Positions 38,341 to 47,075 of a DNA stretch of 64,000 bases are shown piece after piece. The notes below the pieces were generated by a model. The model was not told where the DNA came from and ran no database searches. It saw only the letters and a list, made by a program, of their open reading frames with translations. Location of the stretch: positions 1 through 64,000 of the IMG/VR virus record IMGVR_UViG_3300043364_000002. One strand, given 5' to 3'. The position numbers and the translations under genes are program-made. The stretch's first letter is position 1; each line of letters begins with the position of its first letter. Origin of the DNA: a virus (Duplodnaviria > Caudoviricetes).

Positions 38341-38798
38341 TCCGTCCCGTGCTCATGCGTCCGGCAAAGTTTCTGCGCCGGCGCAGTCGCGAAGTCGAAG
38401 ATCTGTCAACCATCGGACCGCTCGTCATCGATATGACGGACACGCTGCTTGAGCTGAATGGGTCCGGCCTGTCGGCCGTGCAAGTTGGCGCCCCGCTGCG
38501 CATCGTCGTTCTGTCGCTTCTCGGCGGCCGCACGATGACGTTCGTGAACCCTCGCATCCTTGAGTCGAGCGGTTCGCTTCTGGCCGTAGAAACGTGCCTG
38601 TCGATTCCTGGGCAGCGCCACCGAGTAGAGCGGGCGCGCTACCTGAAGGTGGAGCATCTTCGTCCGAGCGGCATCGATGTGCTGGACGTCAAGGATCCAG
38701 AGCTCGCGGTCGCGCTGCAGCACGAGTGCGACCACCTGAATGGGGTCATGACGCTCGACCGGCGCATCGTGAGCGTGCTTGACCCAACTATGAACTGA
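38337..38798 (+). CDS. def: Peptide deformylase
   Basis: GSGLSAVQVG (motif I), FVNP, ETCLSIPG (motif II), QHECDHLNG (motif III). Confidence 0.92.
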   Translation: MIRPVLMRPAKFLRRRSREVEDLSTIGPLVIDMTDTLLELNGSGLSAVQVGAPLRIVVLSLLGGRTMTFVNPRILESSGSLLAVETCLSIPGQRHRVERARYLKVEHLRPSGIDVLDVKDPELAVALQHECDHLNGVMTLDRRIVSVLDPTMN

Positions 38799-39181
38799 TG
38801 TTCGATATCGAGATTGACATCAGCGGGCTCGAGGCCGCGTGGGGATCGGGCGTGCAAGCGCTGCATGCGGGCGCTGCGACCGCTGTTGACGTGGCTTGCC
38901 GCGAAGGCGCACGCGAAGCGGTAAACTCGCATCTCTACCAGGATCGCACTGCGCAGCTTACGGCGTCCATTCACGGCGACGAAGGCCTGACGCTGACGGC
39001 CGACGGCGCCGAGGGGCAAATCACGGCCGGCGAAGACTACGCCAGCTACGTCGACGGGTGGGAACGCGGGCAGAGAGAATTTGGCTACATGGATCTGGCA
39101 CACGACAAGGCCGAAGCCGTGCTTAGCCGTGAGATGGAATCTGGCATTTCCAGCGCTGAAGCCAAGATCAACAGTCGATAG
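38798..39181 (+). CDS. Neck/tail-completion protein (HK97 gp10-like)
   Basis: DRTAQLTASI, YASYV.. Confidence 0.65.
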   Translation: MFDIEIDISGLEAAWGSGVQALHAGAATAVDVACREGAREAVNSHLYQDRTAQLTASIHGDEGLTLTADGAEGQITAGEDYASYVDGWERGQREFGYMDLAHDKAEAVLSREMESGISSAEAKINSR

Positions 39182-39193
39182 GAGAGGGTTCAC

Positions 39194-39895
39194 ATGGCCG
39201 ACTCCTTCGGGGCGGAGAGCATCCCGCTTCAGGCGGCTCTAGCCGGTGAAGAGATTGCCGACCCAGCGGTCTCGAGGCTGGCGAATTACTTCCAGGCAGT
39301 CGTCAACGCCCACGCTACTGATCGCTGGCAGACCGTCATGCCGAATAGCGTGCCGGTGAAAAATGCTTTTACGCACAACCCTGAAGAGTTGTCGTTCAAC
39401 GAACGCGATCTGCCTTCGCTCTGGCTCAACAGAGTTGGCGAGGATGCACTTGAACGACATGCCGAGGACTTCGACCTCGCTCACGTCAACCTTCGACTCT
39501 TGTGGGTTTTCCCGCCGGTGCGGCAGGAGTTTCAAAAGACCCGCGCAACATTCGCGAACGGCATCGCCCACATCTTGGCTCACTGTATCGAGCTAGGTCG
39601 AGATCCTTCCTACGTGTTCCCTGGCGATCCTGACCCAACGGCCGCTGCGCAAGGGAGCGTCATCATGCGAATCGCTGGGCTCTGGGAGCTCAAGTGGAAC
39701 GGCTACAAATCCGGCCTCGGTCTGCCCATCAAGACGACGTCGGATACGCGGAACTACTACTGCCTTGACGCAAAGATTGGCATCACCGAACGGCGCGTTC
39801 TTGACATCGTCGCCGATTTCCCGGCCGTGCGCGGCCTCGACCTGACCATCACCACGCCCGACAAGGCGAGAGACCTCGCGGTCGGAAAGCTGTAA
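39194..39895 (+). CDS. Putative tail terminator/neck protein
   Basis: Position before sheath; LPSLWL. Confidence 0.55.
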   Translation: MADSFGAESIPLQAALAGEEIADPAVSRLANYFQAVVNAHATDRWQTVMPNSVPVKNAFTHNPEELSFNERDLPSLWLNRVGEDALERHAEDFDLAHVNLRLLWVFPPVRQEFQKTRATFANGIAHILAHCIELGRDPSYVFPGDPDPTAAAQGSVIMRIAGLWELKWNGYKSGLGLPIKTTSDTRNYYCLDAKIGITERRVLDIVADFPAVRGLDLTITTPDKARDLAVGKL

Positions 39896-39899
39896 GGAC

Positions 39900-40430
39900 A
39901 TGGCCAAGAAATTCCTACTCGTCTACCCGAACCCGTTCATCGCGCTCGATCACGATGGTTTTCCGGCTGGCGCTTGCCAGTGCGACATGGCCGAGCACGT
40001 TGGCATGACGTCGCGTCGCTGGGTCGGCGCCGAGCTCGACGACAAGGCAACGTTCCTGCTCGAGAAGCTGTCGACGGAAGAGCTTCGTTACCGAGACGCG
40101 CGGCAGCAGACGCGGTTCCGATTCGATTTCAGTGAACCTACCCGCCTACCGGTGACGGAGTACTACCGGGACCGTTTGCGGCACAGCGAGATTCTGTGTG
40201 CCGACGAGGCCACGGCCAAGCTTGCCGGGCTCAAGTTCGTGGCTCCAGCGGAAGCGCTCGCGAAGGCCAAGGCCGACGCTGCAGCGAAGTGGATCGCGAT
40301 GATGGGCCCAGGGGAGAAGCCGGACGGTATCGACTTGCTCGACACGGCCATGGCGGCCATCGGCGCTTCGCCAGCGGCAACGCCGCCCACCAAGTTTGAA
40401 ACTCCCAAGTCCACCAAAGAGGTGAAGTGA
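39900..40430 (+). CDS. Hypothetical protein preceding sheath (Mu gp38-like motif)
   Basis: P.TEYYRDRLR..EI motif resembles VP...YW.RRL.DGD of pre-sheath proteins. Confidence 0.55.
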   Translation: MAKKFLLVYPNPFIALDHDGFPAGACQCDMAEHVGMTSRRWVGAELDDKATFLLEKLSTEELRYRDARQQTRFRFDFSEPTRLPVTEYYRDRLRHSEILCADEATAKLAGLKFVAPAEALAKAKADAAAKWIAMMGPGEKPDGIDLLDTAMAAIGASPAATPPTKFETPKSTKEVK

Positions 40431-41983
40431 TGTCCGCGCCCCCAGTGATCATAGCCGGATGGTCCAGCACGTCGAAGGTGCCAGGCGTTACGGCCGAGGT
40501 CGTCTACGGCGCCGGCCCCATCAACGCATCGTCCATCCCGCTCGTGTGCCTGCTGCTCGGTCTCCAGGCATCGACCGGTACGGCTACCGGCAATCAGGAC
40601 GTCAAGCTCATCACGAACGGCGACGACGCGGCCACGTTCTACGGTGGCCAGAGCGAAATCGCCAATATGGCCTACAAGGCGCTCGGCGTCTCTGGCGTTA
40701 ACCTGTACGGCGCTGGCGTCATTGAGTCGTCAGGCTCTGGCGTAGCTTCGGCAACGGCCACCATCACGATCACGCTGAGCTCGGGGTCCAACCCGATCGC
40801 TCAGGGCACGCTCCAGTATTGGATCGGAAGCCGCTACGTGTCGGTGAGTTTCTCGACAACCGACACCGTCACGACGATTGCGGCCTCGATCAAGAACGCC
40901 ATCAACGCCAACAGCCGTTGGCCATTTACAGCCACGAACGCGTCCGGCGTCTTGACCATCACGGTCACGCAAAAGGGTCTGCGCGGCAACGATTACATCG
41001 TCTTCCAAGACGTCTCGAAGGCGACCGGTACCAACGTCGTGTCGACGCCGACGGGCGGCACTGCCGTTACGGGAGGCGGGCTCCACTTCACGGCCGGATC
41101 CAACGGGGCTACGGCGGAAGCCATCGCAACCGTTCTCAACGTCCTCTACCCTGGAACGTACGACTTCATCGCGGCGGCGCAGTACGACGTCACGAACGCG
41201 GCTCTCTTCTTGGCCCACTCGCAGCAGAAGGCTGGGCCGCTCGAGATGCGCCCAACGCGCTTTCTGTTCGGGTTCCAGGATACTTTGGTAGCTGCGACAA
41301 CGCTGGCGCAGACGACGCTGAACGATCAGCGGTCAGCTGTCGTGTGGTGCCTCAACTGTGAATCCGTGCCGAGCGAGATCGCGGCTGTTGCCGCGGCCGT
41401 GAGGTGCTCGGTGTCGCAGAATGACCCCGGCGCAAGCTTCGACGGCTACGTGCTGCCCGGCATTGCGCCGCAGCGCGCGAAGGCTGACTTGGCGCAGCGC
41501 TCCACGCAAGAGACAGCGCTTTCTGCTGGCGTCACACCGTGCATCACGGTCGGCAATGCAGTGCAGATCGTGCGCGCGGTCGGGACGCATTCACTAACGG
41601 GTGCGACGCCAGACTACCGCACGCTTGATTGGGCCGACGACTACGTACCGGACTTCATCCGCAAGGACCTGTCGCTCTACTGGCAGACCGAATACGTCAT
41701 CAGCAACCCGCGGCTCGCCGACGACCCGGCGCCGGAGCAACGCGATCGCGTGGCTGGCGTCGCTACGCCGACGCGCTGGAACCAGGTCATCACGGGCCGC
41801 CTCATGAACTACGAAGCGCGCGGGCCGGTGGGGCCGTTGCCGATCGTCGTCAACGTTGAGTCGCACCCGCCGACCAGCGGCTACGACTCGATCGCCAAGC
41901 GCATCGTGTCGCTCGTGCCGGTCGAAGTGTTCCCGAGCCAGCACCAGGTTGGCCTCAGCATTCGGCAGCTCGCCATCACCTGA
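40427..41983 (+). CDS. Contractile tail sheath protein (Mu gpL-like)
   Basis: KVPG..AEV, YG..SE...M, P.TA......VT..KG.RGN, ALSAGVTP, IVR. Confidence 0.9.
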   Translation: MMSAPPVIIAGWSSTSKVPGVTAEVVYGAGPINASSIPLVCLLLGLQASTGTATGNQDVKLITNGDDAATFYGGQSEIANMAYKALGVSGVNLYGAGVIESSGSGVASATATITITLSSGSNPIAQGTLQYWIGSRYVSVSFSTTDTVTTIAASIKNAINANSRWPFTATNASGVLTITVTQKGLRGNDYIVFQDVSKATGTNVVSTPTGGTAVTGGGLHFTAGSNGATAEAIATVLNVLYPGTYDFIAAAQYDVTNAALFLAHSQQKAGPLEMRPTRFLFGFQDTLVAATTLAQTTLNDQRSAVVWCLNCESVPSEIAAVAAAVRCSVSQNDPGASFDGYVLPGIAPQRAKADLAQRSTQETALSAGVTPCITVGNAVQIVRAVGTHSLTGATPDYRTLDWADDYVPDFIRKDLSLYWQTEYVISNPRLADDPAPEQRDRVAGVATPTRWNQVITGRLMNYEARGPVGPLPIVVNVESHPPTSGYDSIAKRIVSLVPVEVFPSQHQVGLSIRQLAIT

Positions 41984-42076
41984 ACGTAGCCGCCTAGCAA
42001 ACGCATTCGCCGCGTGACGGATCGGGGTCCCCGGTCGCTCGCCGCCAATTGAGCTGCATTCCGAGGAGCAAGAAAA

Positions 42077-42451
42077 ATGAGCAAGAGTCTGATCCGACCT
42101 GCCCCTGTCTACTATCGTTCAAAGAAGGTGGCGGAGATCCGCGAGGGCACGTACGAGATCGACTCGAACGACCAGCGCGAGATCGCGGCCGAAGGCTACA
42201 TTGGCCACACGGACGGCGCGACCACCAGCAACATCCAGATGACGCTGATCGTGCCTGTGCCGGGGCTGTCGATCCCGATGCTCGCCGACATGCTGCGCAA
42301 AGCGTACGTGAAGATCGGCCTCTTTGAGGACGCGAAGCTTCACAACCTCGAGGGGCGCATCACGAAGATCTCCTACTCGTGGAACCATGAAAAAGGGGAA
42401 AATCGCTGCGTCGGTTCCTTCGAATCCGGCGCCCCCGATCTCGCCGGTTAA
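42077..42451 (+). CDS. Tail tube protein
   Basis: 124 aa beta-rich, directly after sheath, GAGGAG RBS. Confidence 0.75.
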   Translation: MSKSLIRPAPVYYRSKKVAEIREGTYEIDSNDQREIAAEGYIGHTDGATTSNIQMTLIVPVPGLSIPMLADMLRKAYVKIGLFEDAKLHNLEGRITKISYSWNHEKGENRCVGSFESGAPDLAG

Positions 42452-42540
42452 GTAGCAACACCGCCGCACCGGACGCCGCAATGCGTCCACTCCGCCGCTG
42501 ACGGAGACAGCTAACCACTGCCACCGTCGCACGGAGTCAC

Positions 42541-43272
42541 ATGCCGCGTTTCTCAGATGTAGCGAAAGGAACAAGGGCCCGTAAGCCCGTCCCGTTTCCT
42601 ATCGCCAATACCCGTTGCGACCTGCTCGCCGATCTCCCCGAGCTTGCCGCCCAACGCGCCCGCGATCGCGCGGCGTGGGAGAAGGCCGCCCAGGCAGGGC
42701 CGGCACCTTCGGTAGCTTCAGACGACCAAGTGATGGTCGATCTTCGCGTGCTTACCGGAGCCGAGGAATCCCAAGTCCTCCAAAAAGCCAGAGACTACGC
42801 CATCGAGCGCGGGATCGAATCGCCAACCAATGGCGAGCCGATCTACGAAATCGCAAAGATGGCGGAGACGCTCGCGTTAGGCGTTATCGACCACGATTCG
42901 CCAGAGGCGGAGCCTTGCCCGTTTTTCGACGGCGGGGCGAAGCAGCTGCTCGACGAGGTCGACGGCGACCGCATTGCCTTTTTGTACGCTCGCTGGGAAA
43001 TGTGGCAGGGCGAGTGCTCTCCTCGAATCGGGACACTGTCCGGCGAGCAGTTTTACTCGCAAATGGTAAAGGTGACGGTAGCCGAGGACGATCTCCCTTT
43101 TACGCAGATGGAGCCCATCACGCGATGGGTCTTCGCTCGTACTTTGGCTGCCCTGTTACTGAACTCACCAGAGGGCAAGTCGCTCTTTACCTCGGCCTTC
43201 GGCGGTACGGTGAAGCCAGAGACCGCGGCGCCGTCACCGCGCAAGTCAGCCGCGCGCTCCAAGAAGCGATGA
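42541..43272 (+). CDS. Tail assembly chaperone; -1 frameshift product ends at 43307
   Basis: Between tube and tape measure; in-phase C CCT TTT at 43095-43101. Confidence 0.75.
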   Translation: MPRFSDVAKGTRARKPVPFPIANTRCDLLADLPELAAQRARDRAAWEKAAQAGPAPSVASDDQVMVDLRVLTGAEESQVLQKARDYAIERGIESPTNGEPIYEIAKMAETLALGVIDHDSPEAEPCPFFDGGAKQLLDEVDGDRIAFLYARWEMWQGECSPRIGTLSGEQFYSQMVKVTVAEDDLPFTQMEPITRWVFARTLAALLLNSPEGKSLFTSAFGGTVKPETAAPSPRKSAARSKKR

Positions 43273-43303
43273 GCACGCGCAAGGCTGAACCGGACTACGA
43301 CGA

Positions 43304-43852
43304 ATGACCACATTTTCCAAGCTCAACGATTGCGCCAGGCCAGCGGCTCGCGTGGTCGAGCTCTTGCCGTCGTGCTTCGCTGACGACTGGGACAAGAAGC
43401 CGTCCGAAGCGATGCGCGTTGGCCTCAGGCTCGTCGGCGAGGGCGACATCGAGCGCGCCCGCGCTGCGGCCTATCAGAAGGCCATGGAGATGATTCCGGA
43501 GCCTTCGCAAGATCGCGTCGATCAGTTCAACGACAGCATCATGCGCGGCATCATTGCGCGAGCGACGTGCATGCCGGAGGACGCGCGAGAGCCGTTTTTC
43601 CCCATGCCGGAGGACGACGTGCAGGCGGCGCTGACGGATGATGCCGTTAAGCTTCTGTGGCACGAGTACGATGTCCTTAAGCTCGAGAGCTGCGGCTACC
43701 TGCGCGAAGCGACCGACGATGAGCTTACGGAGCTCGCCGCGATGCTGCTGAGTGAGGAGGCGTGGGGCGCGCTCACGGTAGAGAAGTCGAAACGGCTTCG
43801 GCGCATCGCGCTGCATGTGCTGGAGGAGCTCGATACGGAACTGCGCGGGTAG
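43304..43852 (+). CDS. Second tail assembly chaperone-like paralog
   Basis: V.LR...., PFF, D....L...Y/W......C shared with 42541 protein. Confidence 0.65.
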   Translation: MTTFSKLNDCARPAARVVELLPSCFADDWDKKPSEAMRVGLRLVGEGDIERARAAAYQKAMEMIPEPSQDRVDQFNDSIMRGIIARATCMPEDAREPFFPMPEDDVQAALTDDAVKLLWHEYDVLKLESCGYLREATDDELTELAAMLLSEEAWGALTVEKSKRLRRIALHVLEELDTELRG

Positions 43853-43855
43853 CCA

Positions 43856-46144
43856 GTGGCCGATATACGGATCAAGGTGGGCGCGTCGCTCGACAGCGAC
43901 TTGGCCAATGTATTCAAACCGCTACGCGATGAAGCCCGCAAGGCGAGGCAACAGATCGCGAGCGAAGGTAAAGCGATCGATAAGCAGTCAGCGTCGAGCC
44001 AGCTGACGGTAGCGCGCGACGTTTACCGCGAGCAGAGCAAGCTGAATCGCGAGACCTTCAAGTCGAAGGTTCAGCTGGAGCGTGATGCCGGCAAGCAGAT
44101 GACGGACATCCAGCGCGAGCAGATTCGCGCTACGAATCGTCTGAAGCTGCAAGCGATTCAGGAGGCGGCGAAGGCAGAAAGAGACGCGGCGAAACAGACG
44201 GCGTCGCAAGAGACGGCTCTGGCTCGCCGAGTTGGCGCCGACATGGCCAAGGCTCACGGCGGCGGCATGGGTGGCAGCGGCGGCAGATTTGGTGGCGGCG
44301 GTGTCATTGGCTACATGGGCGGTCGGTCAATGGTCGGATCGTTCGGCTCGTCAATGAGTCGTTTAGGCCGCGGCGCGATGCACATGGCCGGCTCTGTAGC
44401 GAGCGGTATGGGTGTCGACTTCGACGTGTCCAGCATCGTGCGGCGCAACGTTGATGTCGCGAAGAAGTCCCAGGAGATCGTCAACTCAGGCTACCAGAAG
44501 GGCGCCGCCGGGCCGGCTGGCGTAAGGCAGGATGCCGGCAAGATCGAAGACGAGTCCCGCAAGATAGGGACCCAGTGGGGTCTCATGCCGAGCAGTGTAG
44601 CGGATGCTCACAAGGCGTTCATCGGCGTCACTGGCGATCTGGCGACAAGCCGGGAGCTCATGGGCGAGCTTGCGAAGATGTCGGTCGCAACTGGGTCCAA
44701 CATCGAAGATGTTGCGAAGGCAGCCGCGAAGGTTTCGGCGCAGATGCCGGACACTGCTGACAAGGGCAAGAAGGTGCTCGAGGTCATGCAGGCCGTTGCA
44801 TCGCAAGGCAAACTCGGCGGCGCAGAGATGAGCACGACGGCCAAGCAGATGGCTGCTCTCGCCGCGGTGTCGAACAAGTTTTCTGGCGACTCCGCCAAGA
44901 ACATGAAGATGATGGGCGTCCTCTACCAAGAGGCGATCCAGCGCGGCGGCGCCAAGGGCGAGGCGCAAGCCGCAACAAGCGTGATGTCGTTCGTCAACAC
45001 GTTCTCGAAGCCGGCTCGCGTCAAGGCGATGGCAGCACTCATGCCTGGATACAACCCGCGCGACGCATCCGGCTTCCTGAAGAACCCAGAAGAAACGATC
45101 GTCAAGCTTCTGCGCGCGACAGGCGGCAACGAAAACAAACTCAGCAAAGCCGTGATGGATGTCCGCGCGAAGTCGGCCATCGGCGGGTTCCAGACGGCGT
45201 TTCTGCGGGCGTCGGGTGGCAAGACGGACAAGGCGTCGCTCGACCTCGGAGAAAAGGCCGTGCGCGCGGAGTTTGAACGCCTTTCAGCATCGCTTATGGA
45301 CAACGCCGAGCTCGAGAAAGAAGCCGGCGACCGTATGAAGGACACGGACAAGCGCGCGCAGCAGTTTCAAAATCGACTCGACGAGGTTGGCAAGAGCGTT
45401 CAGACAGCTCTTCTTCCCTCTCTTGAGGCAGTAGCACCGAAGCTCATCGGCATAGCCGAGTCATTCGGCAAAATAATCGAGTGGGCCGCAACGAACCCAT
45501 GGCAAGCCGTTGTCGCTGCGCTTGGCGTAAGTGCTGCCAAGGCGTTGATGACGGAAACGTTCGCTAGGGCCCTGATGGGCGGCATGGGCGGCGGCCGCGG
45601 TGGTGGAGGCGGAGGAGTTGGCGGCATTGGTGGCGGTGGTGTCATGGGCGCCATTGGCCTAGGTGGCGCAATCGGCACTGGTGTGGCCGCGTACATCACG
45701 GCCGAGGGTATCGGCGGCTGGGAGTCGAACAAGAAGGAACTAGGCGGCCTCACGAGCGGGCTTGCCAAGATGACGCCGGAGCAGCGCAAGGCGGCGCTCC
45801 CTGGCGCAGTGGCGAAGTTCAACGAGCTATCAGAAAAACGCAGCACCCTCGACAAGGTGACGGGGTTTTCCGACGCTGAGTTCAAGGGCGCGAAAGAATA
45901 CCTAGTCCAGCAGCTCAAGGCGATGGGGCTCGACAAGGGGCTTACCGCGCAACAGGCTGCCGCCGATCATCTGGCGACCGTGAGCCGCCTTCTGGGCGAG
46001 ACGCTCAAGGTAGAAATCATGAATATGCCAGGCGGCATGGCTGGCCCGCCGGCGCTGCCAGGCAACGGCGTTGATAACCCTGTGCCTGGGCCGTGGAGTC
46101 CGGCGCCTAAGATCATGTTCGGAGCGCCAGGCAGCTCACTCTAG
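43856..46144 (+). CDS. Tape measure protein
   Basis: 762 aa, Ala/Lys-rich helical with Gly-rich stretches; position. Confidence 0.88.
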   Translation: MADIRIKVGASLDSDLANVFKPLRDEARKARQQIASEGKAIDKQSASSQLTVARDVYREQSKLNRETFKSKVQLERDAGKQMTDIQREQIRATNRLKLQAIQEAAKAERDAAKQTASQETALARRVGADMAKAHGGGMGGSGGRFGGGGVIGYMGGRSMVGSFGSSMSRLGRGAMHMAGSVASGMGVDFDVSSIVRRNVDVAKKSQEIVNSGYQKGAAGPAGVRQDAGKIEDESRKIGTQWGLMPSSVADAHKAFIGVTGDLATSRELMGELAKMSVATGSNIEDVAKAAAKVSAQMPDTADKGKKVLEVMQAVASQGKLGGAEMSTTAKQMAALAAVSNKFSGDSAKNMKMMGVLYQEAIQRGGAKGEAQAATSVMSFVNTFSKPARVKAMAALMPGYNPRDASGFLKNPEETIVKLLRATGGNENKLSKAVMDVRAKSAIGGFQTAFLRASGGKTDKASLDLGEKAVRAEFERLSASLMDNAELEKEAGDRMKDTDKRAQQFQNRLDEVGKSVQTALLPSLEAVAPKLIGIAESFGKIIEWAATNPWQAVVAALGVSAAKALMTETFARALMGGMGGGRGGGGGGVGGIGGGGVMGAIGLGGAIGTGVAAYITAEGIGGWESNKKELGGLTSGLAKMTPEQRKAALPGAVAKFNELSEKRSTLDKVTGFSDAEFKGAKEYLVQQLKAMGLDKGLTAQQAAADHLATVSRLLGETLKVEIMNMPGGMAGPPALPGNGVDNPVPGPWSPAPKIMFGAPGSSL

Positions 46145-46150
46145 TCGCCC

Positions 46151-47068
46151 ATGTCCGCATTCGACAACTTCCCCACGGCTGCCTTCGACGGAATCGAGTT
46201 CCCCTACGAGGAGCGCACGATCCGCGGCGCCATCCGCGAGCACCAGCACAAGTACCCTCACACGCCAGGCGCGGCGCTCGAAACGCTTGGCCGCGAGCTC
46301 TACGTCATCACGTTCCGCTGCAACTTCTCCGACACGTACAAGCTCTACCCGAACCTTTACCCGATTTCGCTGGAGTCGCTGCGAAGCCGGTTTGAGCGGG
46401 AGATCCGCGCCGATCTCGACGTGCCCGGACTGGGTACCATCACGGCCGTCTGCACGGCGTGGGACTCAAGTGCGACGCCGAAGGAATCACGCTCCGGCGA
46501 GAAGGTGAGCCTTACGTTTCTCGAGGACATCGAGGACGCGTTTCTCATCAACAACCTCATCGGCATCTCGACGCAGAGCCTCGCCGCGTCGCAAAAAGAG
46601 TGGGCGCTCAACGTCAACAAGGTCCGCGCAGACTTCGCCAAAGAGAAGGCGCTGCCGTTCTTCGACGCCATCACGGACGCCGTGAACAGTGTTCTTGCTG
46701 TCGTCGACACGGTCGAGGCGTACGGCAACCTGCTCGAAGCCAAGATTCTCGCCGCCGCGCAGCTCATCTACCAGGCCGACAGGCGCGTGCGCTACCTGAA
46801 CGACCCAACGAATGCCGAGGTGCTGCAGGCTCTGCTTCAGCTTTGGGATTCGCTCAAGACGCTGAACGATGATCTCGATAAGACAGGCGGCGGACTAGTC
46901 GACTTTCTTGTTGAGCGCACGATGAGCGTCATCGAGCTATCGCAGGCCATCTACAACGGCGACGGCACGAGAGCGGTGGAACTGATGCAGCTGAACGCTC
47001 TGCCGGACCCGTACATGGTACCGCCAGGCTTCCGCATTCGTTACTACCAAGTGCTGAAGGCCGCCTGA
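46151..47068 (+). CDS. DNA circularization protein (Mu gpN-like)
   Basis: A.FDGIEFP, H.YPH..GA..E.LGR, L..P..G; C-terminal ELMQLN..DP..VP. Confidence 0.85.
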   Translation: MSAFDNFPTAAFDGIEFPYEERTIRGAIREHQHKYPHTPGAALETLGRELYVITFRCNFSDTYKLYPNLYPISLESLRSRFEREIRADLDVPGLGTITAVCTAWDSSATPKESRSGEKVSLTFLEDIEDAFLINNLIGISTQSLAASQKEWALNVNKVRADFAKEKALPFFDAITDAVNSVLAVVDTVEAYGNLLEAKILAAAQLIYQADRRVRYLNDPTNAEVLQALLQLWDSLKTLNDDLDKTGGGLVDFLVERTMSVIELSQAIYNGDGTRAVELMQLNALPDPYMVPPGFRIRYYQVLKAA

Positions 47069-47075
47069 CGGCTCG

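Noticed and set aside
44260-45680. GGC-rich repeats in the tape measure gene
   Set aside because: Simply encode Gly-rich linkers
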